Below are positions 41,034 through 52,362 of a stretch of DNA of 64,000 bases, in pieces. The notes beneath the pieces were generated by a model. It saw only the letters and a program-made list of their open reading frames with translations, searched no databases and was not told the DNA's origin. Location of the stretch: positions 323 through 64,322 of the forward strand of contig NZ_JBBATI010000018.1 in NCBI RefSeq assembly GCF_040398825.1, read 5' to 3'. Both the position numbers and the translations under genes were made by a program. Origin of the DNA: Novosphingobium sp. (GTDB taxonomy: Bacteria; Pseudomonadota; Alphaproteobacteria; Sphingomonadales; Sphingomonadaceae). Every line of letters begins with the position of its first letter. The first letter of the stretch is position 1.

Positions 41034-42306
41034 AAGTCGTGGCGGGCGCGGGCGCCTCGGCCACGGCGCGGTCGATTTCCTGGGCCAGGATTTGCAGGGG
41101 CCATTCGTTGCGGCCGAAGACGAGGCCGGGCAGGGCGGCGCTGGTCAGGGCGGGGTGGGGGGTGGTGACGCCATAGGGGAAATCCTGTTTCTGGACCACG
41201 GTGTGCGCGCTTTCCCAGATGCGTTCAAACAGCGCGGCGTTGGCGGGATTGGTCAGGTCCATGCGGCTGTAACAGCCGTGGCGGACGAGCGTGCGATCGA
41301 CGCCCAGCGGCATGATCTGAAAGAATTCGAGCACTTGCGGCGTGTTTATCAGGATGGTGCCGGGGAACAGCACGTATTTGACGTGGATATAGTTTTCGGG
41401 GGTCCATTGGTCCTGCGGCAGCGCGGGCAGGTCGGTCTGGATGGTGCGCAGCGAAGTGGCGGTGCGCAAATGGCGGCCGAGCATGTCGACGGTGTTGACG
41501 TTGCCGTTGTAATATTGCGCCAGGTTGTCGCGGTGGGCGTAGTTGAAGTGATAGGATTCGAGGAAGGTTTCCAGCACCAGTTTCCAGTTGCCGTTCAACT
41601 CGATCGGCCCGACGCGGCTGGCGGCGACGGTGTCAAAGCCCCAGTGGGGGAGCTCGGCATCCAGCTCTGGCCCGATGAAGTGATCCCAATCGATGGTTAC
41701 GCCGGGTTTGGGCGCGACCAGGATCAGCCCGTGGCGTTCGTGCGCGGCGACGGGGATCAGGCCCAGTGACGCTTTGTCGGGATTGCCAAAGCTGGCGTTG
41801 CAGCTGACCCCCAGCAAGTGGCCATCAAGGTCATAGGACCAGGCGTGATAGGGGCAGGAAAATCCGGCGCGGGAATGGCCGCGATCGTCATAGACCAATG
41901 CGGCGCCGCGGTGGCGGCAGGCGTTGACGAAGGCGCGGATCTGGCCCTGGCGGTTGCGGGTGACCATGATGGGGGTGCCCATATGGTCGATGCGCAGGTA
42001 ATCGCCGGGTTCGGCCACATCGCGCGACAGGCCGGCGACGAAGGGCATGCGGTCGAAAATCGCATGGCGTTCGGCCTCGTAACGCGCGGGGTCGGTATAG
42101 CGGCTGGCGGGGACCTCCATGACACTGTCGGCCAGTTCGGGATGGCCTGCCTGGGCCAGGGTGATCAGGCGGCTGGCGAGATCGATCATGGTCTGGCGGT
42201 TGGTGCGCACGGCGCCGGCGGTCTGGTCAAGCCGCGCGGTCATGTCGGTCATGATATCGACGACTTCGGCATCGGACATGGTGGTGCCGGATTCGGTATG
42301 CGCCAT
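41032..42306 (-). CDS. Rieske [2Fe-2S] non-heme-iron oxygenase, alpha-subunit type, stand-alone
   Basis: ATG 42306 with GGGGGAC 7 nt upstream. Rieske motif CRHRGAALV...FSCPYHAWSY. A catalytic-domain-sized C-terminal half follows. No beta subunit or reductase nearby. Confidence 0.85.
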   Translation of the reverse strand: MAHTESGTTMSDAEVVDIMTDMTARLDQTAGAVRTNRQTMIDLASRLITLAQAGHPELADSVMEVPASRYTDPARYEAERHAIFDRMPFVAGLSRDVAEPGDYLRIDHMGTPIMVTRNRQGQIRAFVNACRHRGAALVYDDRGHSRAGFSCPYHAWSYDLDGHLLGVSCNASFGNPDKASLGLIPVAAHERHGLILVAPKPGVTIDWDHFIGPELDAELPHWGFDTVAASRVGPIELNGNWKLVLETFLESYHFNYAHRDNLAQYYNGNVNTVDMLGRHLRTATSLRTIQTDLPALPQDQWTPENYIHVKYVLFPGTILINTPQVLEFFQIMPLGVDRTLVRHGCYSRMDLTNPANAALFERIWESAHTVVQKQDFPYGVTTPHPALTSAALPGLVFGRNEWPLQILAQEIDRAVAEAPAPATT

Positions 42307-42410
42307 TGGTTCGTCCCCCGTGGGCGGTCTTGGTGCCGCCGGGGTGGAGGGTAGCGGATTGGCGGGGGGAGGCAAGGTGCGTGGGGTGGGTGCCAGAACA
42401 GCCCCTGTCG

Positions 42411-42435
42411 TCATGCCGGATTTGATCCGGCATGA
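42411..42435. repeat. perfect 10-bp hairpin tcatgccgga-N5-tccggcatga
   Basis: Read directly from the sequence. About 105 nt upstream of the Rieske start on the - strand. Confidence 0.85.
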
Positions 42436-42466
42436 CGCTTTTGGCCTTTGCGCCGCAGGCAGGAAG

Positions 42467-42509
42467 CGTCACCCCGGGTCAAGCTGTACAGGTCAAGCCC
42501 GGTGTGACG
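42467..42509. repeat. inverted repeat cgtcaccccggg / cccggtgtgacg (12-bp arms, 1 mismatch)
   Basis: Read directly. The 19-nt loop contains the duplicated gtcaagc. Confidence 0.75.
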
Positions 42510-42522
42510 AAGTAGGGAAGGT

Positions 42523-42590
42523 AACGGGATGCAAGGGCAATAGCCCCTGCCCGCCGGAGGCAGAAAGCAGAAAGCGCCCGCCGGAGGCAG
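42523..42590. repeat. direct-repeat copy 2 (matches 40881-40941)
   Basis: aacgggatgcaagggcaatagcccctgcccgccggaggcagaaagcagaaagcgcccgccggaggcag. Same orientation as copy 1, with 6 substitutions and a 7-nt insertion. Confidence 0.9.
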
Positions 42591-42615
42591 TTTGTTCTTT
42601 GCTGAAAGCGGCGGC

Positions 42616-44200
<1,585 letters not shown>

Positions 44201-44210
44201 CGGGATTTCC

Positions 44211-45959
44211 TTACACCAGCGCCTTGGCGGCGTCGTCCATCGTGCCGGCGACTTCGTCACCATACAGGATCATGTCGGTATGCGCCGCGCCCGACGGGAT
44301 CATCGGATAGCAATTGGCCTCTTTCACCACCAGGCAATCGACGAAGACGGGGCCGGGGTGGTCGATCATCGCCTGAATCCCGGCGTCGAGTTCATCCAGC
44401 GTGGTGATGCGGATGCCTTTCCAGCCATAGGCCTCGGCCAGTTTGACGAAATCGGGCAGGCTGTCCGAATAGGAATTCGAATAGCGGCTTTCATAGGTCA
44501 GTTCCTGCCACTGGCGGACCATGCCCATCCATTCGTTGTTGAGCACGAACACCTTGACCGGCAGGCGGTATTGCGTGGCGGTGCCCAGTTCCTGAATGTT
44601 CATCTGGATCGATGCGTCACCGGCGATGTCGATCACCAGCGCATCGGGCAGCCCGGCCTGCGCGCCGATCGCCGCGGGCAGGCCATAGCCCATGGTGCCG
44701 AGCCCGCCCGAAGTCAGCCACTTGTTGGGACTGTGGAAATGGAAATACTGCGCCGCCCACATCTGGTGCTGGCCCACCTCGGTGCTGATCACCGGATCGC
44801 GGTCGCGGGTAAGGTCATACAGCCGCTCGATCGCCTTTTGCGGCATGATTTCCGGCCCGCGCGCCGGATAGGCCAGGCTGCGCCGCGCGCGCCAACCATC
44901 GATGCGGGCGAACCAGTCGGTCAGATCAACCCGGGCGTGCCCGGCCGCGTGCCAGGTGTCGATCATCTGGCCCAGCACGACCGCGCAATCGCCGATCACC
45001 GGCAGATCGACCTGCACGGTCTTGTTGATCGATGCGCGGTCGATATCGATGTGGATCTTGATCGAATTGGGGGCAAACGCATCCAGCCGCCCGGTCACGC
45101 GGTCATCAAACCGCGCGCCGACGGCGATGATCAGATCGGCGCGGTTCATCGCCATGTTGGCTTCATAGGTGCCATGCATGCCCAGCATGCCCAGCCACGC
45201 CGGATCGGACGCCGGAAACGCGCCCAGCCCCATCAGCGTGGAGGTAACGGGCGCGCCGGTCAGCCGCTGCAATTCGCGCAAGTGCCGGCTCGCCTCAGGT
45301 CCGGCGTTGATCACGCCGCCACCGGTATAGAACACCGGTGCCTCGGCCGCCGCAATCAATGCCATTGCGCGTTCGATATCGGCATTGGGCGCAATGGTCT
45401 GCGGCGCGTAACGCGTGCGGCGCTGGTTGGGCTGGCCCGACCAGGGCGCGGTGGCGATCTGCACGTCCTTTGGGATATCGATGACCACCGGGCCGGGACG
45501 GCCGGCGGTGGCGATATGAAACGCCTCATCGACGATCGTGGCCAGCTCGGCGGCGTCCTTCACCAGATAGTTGTGTTTGGTGCAGTGGCGCGTGATGCCG
45601 ACGGTATCCGCCTCTTGAAAGGCGTCTGTGCCGATCAGGCCGGTGGGGACCTGCCCGGTGATGACCACCATCGGGATCGAATCCATGAAGGCATCGGCAA
45701 TCCCGGTGACCGCGTTGGTCGCGCCGGGGCCGGATGTGACCAGCACCACGCCGGGTTTGCCAGTGGCGCGCGCGTATCCTTCGGCCGCATGCGCGGCGCC
45801 GGCCTCGTGCCGGACCAGGATGTGGCGGATGCGTTCATCGCCAAACAGCGCGTCATAGATCGGCAGCACGGCCCCGCCGGGATAGCCGAACACGAATTCG
45901 ACCCCCTTGGCGACCAGGCTTTCGACCAGGATTTCGGCGCCGCTGCGCTCGGTGCTCAC
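44211..45959 (-). CDS. ilvB: acetolactate synthase large (catalytic) subunit
   Basis: GTG 45959, 582 aa. FGYPGGAVLPIYDAL and TPP motif GLGTMGYGLPAAIGAQ...GDASIQMNIQELGT. Confidence 0.96.
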   Translation of the reverse strand: MSTERSGAEILVESLVAKGVEFVFGYPGGAVLPIYDALFGDERIRHILVRHEAGAAHAAEGYARATGKPGVVLVTSGPGATNAVTGIADAFMDSIPMVVITGQVPTGLIGTDAFQEADTVGITRHCTKHNYLVKDAAELATIVDEAFHIATAGRPGPVVIDIPKDVQIATAPWSGQPNQRRTRYAPQTIAPNADIERAMALIAAAEAPVFYTGGGVINAGPEASRHLRELQRLTGAPVTSTLMGLGAFPASDPAWLGMLGMHGTYEANMAMNRADLIIAVGARFDDRVTGRLDAFAPNSIKIHIDIDRASINKTVQVDLPVIGDCAVVLGQMIDTWHAAGHARVDLTDWFARIDGWRARRSLAYPARGPEIMPQKAIERLYDLTRDRDPVISTEVGQHQMWAAQYFHFHSPNKWLTSGGLGTMGYGLPAAIGAQAGLPDALVIDIAGDASIQMNIQELGTATQYRLPVKVFVLNNEWMGMVRQWQELTYESRYSNSYSDSLPDFVKLAEAYGWKGIRITTLDELDAGIQAMIDHPGPVFVDCLVVKEANCYPMIPSGAAHTDMILYGDEVAGTMDDAAKALV

Positions 45960-46012
45960 GTGTGAAACCCTTCAATCTGGCGGCAAAGACGGGGCCGATA
46001 GCCCAATCGCCG

Positions 46013-46049
46013 GTGAAAAACAGCAAAAAACCCCGGTGATCCGCCGGGG
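46013..46049 (-). terminator. Rho-independent terminator-like hairpin plus U-tract (miaA terminator and/or ilv attenuator)
   Basis: The - strand reads CCCCGGcggatcaCCGGGG followed by TTTTTTGCTGTTTTT. It lies 93 nt downstream of the miaA stop and ~55 nt upstream of the ilvB GTG. Confidence 0.6.
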
Positions 46050-46141
46050 TGACGGTCAAAACAATGGCGCAGATGCACGACGCAAGGTCGCCATCGGCAC
46101 GCTGCGGCCTGCTATGTGATACAAATGATCATGTCAACCCG

Positions 46142-47089
46142 CTATAATTGAAACAATGCTGCTAAATTGGCATTTTCAGCGTAATTTTCATGCGTAAGCC
46201 GGGGCCATTGCGCGGGCGGCTGATGGCGCAGCCAGGTGTATTGGCGCTTGGCATAGTTGCGCGTGGCCTGCTGCCCGGCGGCGATGGCAGTGGCGGCATC
46301 GCATTCGCCGGCCAGAAACGCCGCCGCATCGCGCACGCCGATCGCGCGCATCACCGGCAGATCAGGGTCCAGCCCGCGCGCCAGCAGCGCGCGCACCTCA
46401 TCGATCGCGCCGGCATGCCACATCGCGGCGAAACGCTGGTCGCAGCGTTGGTACAGCCAGTCGCGATCGGGCATCAGCACCACGGCAGACAGCGCTATGC
46501 GGTCGGCAATGCCGCCTTCGCGCTGCGCCTGCCACACGGTGATCGGCGTGCCGGTCGATCGCACCACCTCCAGCGCGCGGGCAATGCGGGTGGCATCGGC
46601 GGGGGCGAGTGCGGCGGCGCGTGCGCGATCTTCGCGGCGCAGTGCGGCATAGGCCTGGGCCACCGGCATGGCGCGCACCGCTGCGCGGACGTCTGGGTCA
46701 ATCGGCGGGATCGGCGCGATGCCATCCAGCAGCGTGCGGATATAAAGGCCAGTACCGCCGACCAGGATCGGCAGCGCATCGGCCGCATGCGCGGCATCGA
46801 TGGCATCGCGCGCCGCCGCGGCCCAATCGGCGGCCGAACAGGCCTGCGCACCGTCCCAGCCGCCAAACAGCCGGTGCGGCACCCCGCGCATCTCGTCCGG
46901 ACCGGGCCGCGCGCTCAGCACCGCCAGGTCGGCATAGACTTGCGCGCTGTCGGCGTTGATGACTACCGCGCGCGGCACGGATTGCGCCAGACGCACGGCA
47001 AGATCGCTCTTGCCGCTGGCGGTTGGCCCTGCGATGAGCGCGACACGCGGCCTTTGCCCATCATGATTTGAGGATATATCGGTGTTCAT
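46142..47089 (-). CDS. miaA: tRNA dimethylallyltransferase
   Basis: ATG 47089 is the only in-frame start before the P-loop GPTASGKS. 315 aa. The ORF-track extension to 47380 is rejected. Confidence 0.9.
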   Translation of the reverse strand: MNTDISSNHDGQRPRVALIAGPTASGKSDLAVRLAQSVPRAVVINADSAQVYADLAVLSARPGPDEMRGVPHRLFGGWDGAQACSAADWAAAARDAIDAAHAADALPILVGGTGLYIRTLLDGIAPIPPIDPDVRAAVRAMPVAQAYAALRREDRARAAALAPADATRIARALEVVRSTGTPITVWQAQREGGIADRIALSAVVLMPDRDWLYQRCDQRFAAMWHAGAIDEVRALLARGLDPDLPVMRAIGVRDAAAFLAGECDAATAIAAGQQATRNYAKRQYTWLRHQPPAQWPRLTHENYAENANLAALFQL

Positions 47090-47978
47090 TGCCCGGCTGA
47101 TAGCAGACCCTGACACACTTGGAGACCGGCTTGCGGTCGTCATGGACAAAATAGAGGACACCGGCGCCGAGGTGCTGGGGGCAGGGATGCTGGACAGCAA
47201 TCCCGACGTGCTGGAACTCGAAATCGTCGACGGCGATGCCCCGGTCGATGCCGAAGCGGTGCGGCGCGTGATCGATGCGCATTTTGGCGATGCCGACATG
47301 CTGCTGGCGGCCGGGCCGATCGATTGGCCGCGCCTGTTTGTGTCGGACATGGATTCGACCATGATCGGCCAGGAATGCATTGATGAACTGGCCGATTTTG
47401 CCGGGCTGAAGGACCGTATCGCCGCGATTACCGAACGCGCGATGCGGGGCGAGCTGGATTTCGCCGCCGCGCTGCACGAACGCGTGGCGCTGCTGGCCGG
47501 ATTGTCTGAATCCGCGATTGCCGATTGCCTGGATCAGCGGATCAGGCCCACGGCGGGCGCGGCGACGCTGGTGCGCACGCTGAAAGCGCTGGGCGCGCAT
47601 ACCGTGCTGGTCACCGGCGGGTTTCATGCCTTTGCCGATACCGTCGGCGCGGCGCTGGGGTTTGACCGGGTGGTGGCCAACCATTTGGGCGTGGCCGGCG
47701 GCGTGCTGACCGGCGTGGTGACGGGCGACATCGTTGACAACACGGTCAAACGCGCGGTGCTGATCGATGAAGCCGCGCGGATCGGGGAGGGAACGGTCAG
47801 CCTGGCCGCAGGCGATGGTGCCAATGATATTCCGATGATTCGCGCGGCCACCCACGGTATCGCCTTTCGCGCCAAGCCGACCGCCCGCGCGGCGGCCCAC
47901 GGCCGCGTGGATCGCGGGGATTTGACCGCGATTTTGGACCTTTACGGAATTTCGCGCGACCACTGGGTCACGGATTGA
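47082..47978 (+). CDS. serB: phosphoserine phosphatase
   Basis: GTG 47082 ([10 protein letters not shown]...). HAD motifs [10 protein letters not shown] and GDGANDIPM. Confidence 0.9.
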   Translation: MFIARLIADPDTLGDRLAVVMDKIEDTGAEVLGAGMLDSNPDVLELEIVDGDAPVDAEAVRRVIDAHFGDADMLLAAGPIDWPRLFVSDMDSTMIGQECIDELADFAGLKDRIAAITERAMRGELDFAAALHERVALLAGLSESAIADCLDQRIRPTAGAATLVRTLKALGAHTVLVTGGFHAFADTVGAALGFDRVVANHLGVAGGVLTGVVTGDIVDNTVKRAVLIDEAARIGEGTVSLAAGDGANDIPMIRAATHGIAFRAKPTARAAAHGRVDRGDLTAILDLYGISRDHWVTD

Positions 47979-48050
47979 CGAATTATTTACATCAATGTTA
48001 GTATCGCGTCACGATCAATCGGACTGCGACCAACCAGGGTGTTATCGGCC

Positions 48051-48884
48051 ATGAATGCGATCCCGTTTGCCATCCAGGCAGAACTGCCGCTGTATGATGA
48101 AAACCGCCCGGTGCTGCGCACGCGCCCGGCCAAGGCGTACCGCCATTTTCGCCAGCTGTTGAAGGACAAGGAACGCACCGAAGAAGTGTTCCGCATTTTT
48201 GAAGCGCTGCCCTGGAACGGGATGCGCAATGCCGGGCTGCGCTTCCTGACCAGCGAACGCGGGCGGGCAATCGTGGCGCGCGAACCGTACCTGCCGGCGG
48301 TGCTCGACGATCATGCCGCGCTGCGCCGCATGCCGGCCGGTTCGCTGGCGCATGCCTATTGCGATTTCATGGAGCGTGAAGGGCTGACCGCGCAGGGTCT
48401 GGTCGATGAATTTGCGCTGTTTGCCAAGGACAAGCCAAAGTTTCACGACCAGTTCGACTGGTATCTGAACCGCGCGCGCGATGTCCACGATATGCTCCAC
48501 GTGCTGACCGGCTATGGCCGCGATTCGCTGGGGGAGGCGTGCGTGCTGGCGTTTACTTACAGCCAGCAGCCCAGCCCGGCGCACTTGTTCATTGGCTATC
48601 TGGCCGCGCTGAACATGAAAAAGACCGTGAAGAGCAGCGCGCCGGTGCTGCGCGCGGTGCGCGAAGGCCAGCGGCTGGGCAAGGCTTGCCCGCGCCTGCT
48701 GGAACAATCGATCACCGAACTGCTGCCGCTGCCGATTGATGAAGTGCGTCGCCGGCTGAACATCACCCCCGCGCAAAACTACCATGCCGCGCATGCCGAA
48801 TGGCGCCGCATCGGCGTAAACCCCTATGACCTGCTGGGCAAAGCGCCGATCGTGCGCGACCACGCGCTGGCGCAGGCGGCCTGA
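48051..48884 (+). CDS. Coq4-family (ubiquinone biosynthesis protein COQ4-like) protein
   Basis: ATG 48051 (alternative GTG 48039). DVHDMLHVLTGYGRDSLGEA equals the HDxxH-x11-E motif characteristic of COQ4. Confidence 0.75.
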   Translation: MNAIPFAIQAELPLYDENRPVLRTRPAKAYRHFRQLLKDKERTEEVFRIFEALPWNGMRNAGLRFLTSERGRAIVAREPYLPAVLDDHAALRRMPAGSLAHAYCDFMEREGLTAQGLVDEFALFAKDKPKFHDQFDWYLNRARDVHDMLHVLTGYGRDSLGEACVLAFTYSQQPSPAHLFIGYLAALNMKKTVKSSAPVLRAVREGQRLGKACPRLLEQSITELLPLPIDEVRRRLNITPAQNYHAAHAEWRRIGVNPYDLLGKAPIVRDHALAQAA

Positions 48885-48900
48885 ACAAAAGCCCAACTGA

Positions 48901-49005
48901 AAAAGCCCTCCCCCTCAGGGGGAGGGTCGGGTGGGGGTGTCCTGCGCTGATGTGACGCGCTGCAAATCCGGCGTCGGACACCCCTCCCCTGAAGGGAAGG
49001 GCTTT
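48901..49005. repeat. ~115-bp nested-palindrome element, copy C (right arm shortened)
   Basis: aaaagccctccccctcagggggagggtcgggtgggggtgtcc ... gacacccctcccctgaagggaagggcttt. Lies between the convergent Coq4-like and purL stops. Confidence 0.9.
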
Positions 49006-49012
49006 AAGAGTG

Positions 49013-51214
49013 TCAGCCTTCCATCCATTCCGCAAAAAACGCGGCATTGCGCGCGTTCAAATCCGCCACCGTCACCGCAAAACCGTTGCCGCGCACCGCA
49101 GTGCCGCCGGTCGTCCCGATCCGCCGCGCAGCAACACCCGGCGCTGACAGGTCGGCATCGACCGGCGTGGTCACCAGGTAACGGCTCTGGTCTTCGCCAA
49201 ACGCTGCCGCCGTATCCAGCGCGCCATCGATCGTGCAGCCGATGCCGCTGGCCATCGCCATTTCGGCAAGCGCCACCAACAGCCCGCCATCGGCAATGTC
49301 GTGCACCGCGCTGACGCGGGCGTCGGCGATAAGTTCGCGCACGAATTCGCCATTGCGGCGTTCCTGCGCCAGATCAACTGGCGGCGGCGCGCCGGCCTCC
49401 GCCCCCAGAATTTCGCGGACGTACAGCGACTGGCCAAGATGCCCGCCCGCCTCCGGCCCGCCGATCAGCCAGATTGCCTCGCCCGCGGCCTTGAACCGGA
49501 TTGTCGCCATCGTGGCGTGATCGAGCATGAGGCCCACCCCGCCGATCGCCGGGGTGGGCAGGATCGCGCTGCCACCGCCGGTCGCCCTGGATTCGTTGTA
49601 CAGCGACACATTGCCCGACACGATCGGATAATCGAGCGCGCGGCAGGCATCGCCCATGCCGTTCAGCGCTTCAACGATCTGCGCCATGATTTCGGGGCGC
49701 TGCGGATTGGCAAAGTTCAGGCAATTGGTGATCGCCAGCGGGGTTGCGCCCACCGCGCACAGATTGCGCCAGGTTTCGGCCACCGCCTGCTTGCCGCCTT
49801 CATACGGGTCGGCATAGCAATAGCGCGGGGTGCAATCGGTGGTCATCGCCAGCGCCTTGTCGCTGCCGTGGATACGCACTACCGCCGCGTCGCCGCCCGA
49901 TTTCTGCAAGGTATCGGCGCCGACCTGGCTGTCATACTGTTCCCAGATCCAGCGCCGGCTGGCCAGATCGGGGCATCCGATCAGCGTCAGCAGGTCAGCA
50001 CCCGGATCGCTGCTGGCGGGAACGTCGCCCAGCGCCGTCACGGCTGCCCAGGTTTTGTAATCGGCCAATGAAAGATGCGGACGATCGTACAGCGGCGCTT
50101 CATCGGCGAGCGGATCAAGCGGAATGTCGCAGACCACAGCGCCGTTCCATTCCAGCACCATGTGGCCGGTGTCGGTCACTTCGCCGATCACCGCAAAATC
50201 CAGTTCCCACTTGCTGAAAATCGCCTCCGCCATGGCTTCCTTGCCGGGTTTCAGCACCATCAGCATGCGCTCCTGGCTTTCCGACAGCATCATTTCATAG
50301 GGGGTCATGCCGGTTTCACGACACGGCACCATGTTCATGTTCAGCCTGATGCCGGCGCCGCCCTTGCTGGCCATTTCGACCGAGCTTGACGTCAGTCCGG
50401 CCGCGCCCATGTCCTGGATGGCGACGATCGCATCGGTCGCCATCAGTTCCAGGCACGCCTCGATCAGCAGCTTTTCGGTGAACGGGTCGCCCACTTGCAC
50501 GGTCGGGCGCTTTTCATCGCTGTGGTCATCAAAATCGGCGCTGGCCATGGTCGCGCCATGAATGCCGTCACGCCCGGTTTTCGACCCGACATAGACGATC
50601 GGATTGCCAAGGCCGGTGGCGGCCGAATAGAAAATCTTGTCGGTGTCAGCCACCCCCACGGTCATCGCGTTGACCAGGATGTTGCCGTCATAGGCCGTGT
50701 GGAAATTGGTTTCGCCGCCGACCGTTGGCACGCCCACGCAATTGCCATACCCGCCGATGCCGGCCACCACGCCCTGCACCAGATGCTTCATCTTCGGGTG
50801 ATCAGGCCGGCCAAACCGCAACGCATTCAGGTTGGCCACCGGCCGCGCGCCCATCGTGAACACATCGCGCAAAATGCCGCCAACCCCGGTCGCCGCGCCC
50901 TGATAGGGTTCGATGTAACTGGGGTGGTTGTGGCTTTCCATCTTGAAGATCGCCGCCTGGCCATCGCCGATGTCGATCACCCCGGCGTTTTCGCCCGGGC
51001 CACAGATCACCCAGGGCGCCGTGGTCGGCAGCTTTTTCAGATGCAGCCGGCTGGATTTGTAAGAGCAATGTTCCGACCACATCACCGAAAATATGCCCAG
51101 CTCCACCAGATTGGGTTCGCGCCCCAGCGCGTGCAGCACGCGGGCATATTCCTCATCGGTAAACCCGTGGGCGGCGACGGTCTCGGCGGAGATTGTGCTG
51201 GTTTGTGCGGTCAT
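49013..51214 (-). CDS. purL: phosphoribosylformylglycinamidine synthase subunit PurL
   Basis: 733 aa. N-terminal [25 protein letters not shown] and [25 protein letters not shown]. Confidence 0.97.
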   Translation of the reverse strand: MTAQTSTISAETVAAHGFTDEEYARVLHALGREPNLVELGIFSVMWSEHCSYKSSRLHLKKLPTTAPWVICGPGENAGVIDIGDGQAAIFKMESHNHPSYIEPYQGAATGVGGILRDVFTMGARPVANLNALRFGRPDHPKMKHLVQGVVAGIGGYGNCVGVPTVGGETNFHTAYDGNILVNAMTVGVADTDKIFYSAATGLGNPIVYVGSKTGRDGIHGATMASADFDDHSDEKRPTVQVGDPFTEKLLIEACLELMATDAIVAIQDMGAAGLTSSSVEMASKGGAGIRLNMNMVPCRETGMTPYEMMLSESQERMLMVLKPGKEAMAEAIFSKWELDFAVIGEVTDTGHMVLEWNGAVVCDIPLDPLADEAPLYDRPHLSLADYKTWAAVTALGDVPASSDPGADLLTLIGCPDLASRRWIWEQYDSQVGADTLQKSGGDAAVVRIHGSDKALAMTTDCTPRYCYADPYEGGKQAVAETWRNLCAVGATPLAITNCLNFANPQRPEIMAQIVEALNGMGDACRALDYPIVSGNVSLYNESRATGGGSAILPTPAIGGVGLMLDHATMATIRFKAAGEAIWLIGGPEAGGHLGQSLYVREILGAEAGAPPPVDLAQERRNGEFVRELIADARVSAVHDIADGGLLVALAEMAMASGIGCTIDGALDTAAAFGEDQSRYLVTTPVDADLSAPGVAARRIGTTGGTAVRGNGFAVTVADLNARNAAFFAEWMEG

Positions 51215-51260
51215 GGCACTGGCCCTAGAACATCACGAGGCAAAGTTGCACCCGGTTTTT

Positions 51261-51917
51261 TTACACTTTTGCCTGTCGCGATAGGCCGACCAGCGCCCCG
51301 GTCACGATCACCGCGGCATAGGCAAACAGAGCCAGTTCCTGCTGGCCGATTTCCAGTTGCGTGGTGCGCGCGCCAAACCAGTCGATCGCCTGAAAGATCA
51401 GCAATTCCGCAACCAGCAGCACCAGGACGAGCCTGGCCCAGCGCGCAACCGGCCGGGTGCGCCCCAGATAAAATGCCAGCGACCCGAATGTTATCGCCAG
51501 TTCGATCGGCTTTTCAAGGACCGGGACGTTCCACAAACCCAACCCCAGCAGTGGCAGTCCACCCGCCAGCGTCAGATCGGGCCGGTGCACCAGCAGGTCC
51601 AGCAGCCAGTGCGACACCACCAGCGCGGCGATCATCACCGCCATTGCACGGTTGTGCCAGACCGCCAGCGCAACCAGCGCCAGCGCCAGCCCCCAGCACG
51701 ACGCGCCCAGCAGACTGTGGGTGTAGGGCATGTCATACAGATCGAGCCAGTTGGTGGCGGTGGCCTGCGGGGTCAGCCGGTAGTGTTCGATGCCCACCAT
51801 CGCAAAGCTGAAAAACGCCACATCGATCAGCTGCGTGGCGAACAGGCCCAGCCCCAGCGGCGGGCCGTTGCGCGTGCCCGATGCCACAAATGCCGGCGCG
51901 TAGTGCCCGATGAACAT
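51261..51917 (-). CDS. integral membrane protein, tentatively YdjM/DUF457-like metal-dependent hydrolase
   Basis: 218 aa, about 6 TM. MFIGHYAP..., PYTHSLLG and VVSHWLLDLLVH resemble His-rich motifs of that family. Assignment tentative. Confidence 0.5.
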   Translation of the reverse strand: MFIGHYAPAFVASGTRNGPPLGLGLFATQLIDVAFFSFAMVGIEHYRLTPQATATNWLDLYDMPYTHSLLGASCWGLALALVALAVWHNRAMAVMIAALVVSHWLLDLLVHRPDLTLAGGLPLLGLGLWNVPVLEKPIELAITFGSLAFYLGRTRPVARWARLVLVLLVAELLIFQAIDWFGARTTQLEIGQQELALFAYAAVIVTGALVGLSRQAKV

Positions 51918-51923
51918 GGCGTA

Positions 51924-52319
51924 TCAGCCGAATTTGCGCACCGCGGCGGTGGCCACACTGGCCGCCAGCGCGGTGGCAAAGCTGCCCCAGGCGATGTCGG
52001 TCACGGTCAGCCACACCGGCCAGCGCGCCAGGGTCGCCTGGTTGGTCAGGTCATAGGTGGCATAGCACAGCCCGCCCAGCAGCGCGGCGTTCATCGCGGC
52101 CGTGCCGACACCATCGGCCACGCCCGGGCGCACCGCAAACCATACCATCCCGGCCAGATAGAACAGATAGAACACCAGCGCCGGGCCGGCGCGGAAATCG
52201 GGCGCCAGCAGATCGCCCAGCGCCGGGCGATAGACGCGCGACCCGGCCCAGCCCAGCCAGCATGCGTCCAACGCGCCAAACACCAGCGCCGCCACGCCAT
52301 ATCCGATCAGCCATTTCAT
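51924..52319 (-). CDS. small integral membrane protein (DUF2177-like, tentative)
   Basis: ATG 52319, 131 aa, 4 TM (MKWLIGYGVAALVFGALDACWLGW...). 6-nt gap to the downstream gene. Confidence 0.5.
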   Translation of the reverse strand: MKWLIGYGVAALVFGALDACWLGWAGSRVYRPALGDLLAPDFRAGPALVFYLFYLAGMVWFAVRPGVADGVGTAAMNAALLGGLCYATYDLTNQATLARWPVWLTVTDIAWGSFATALAASVATAAVRKFG

Positions 52320-52362
52320 CGCTTTGGTCTCCCTTTGTCGCTGCGGACCCGCAATTTTCTGT

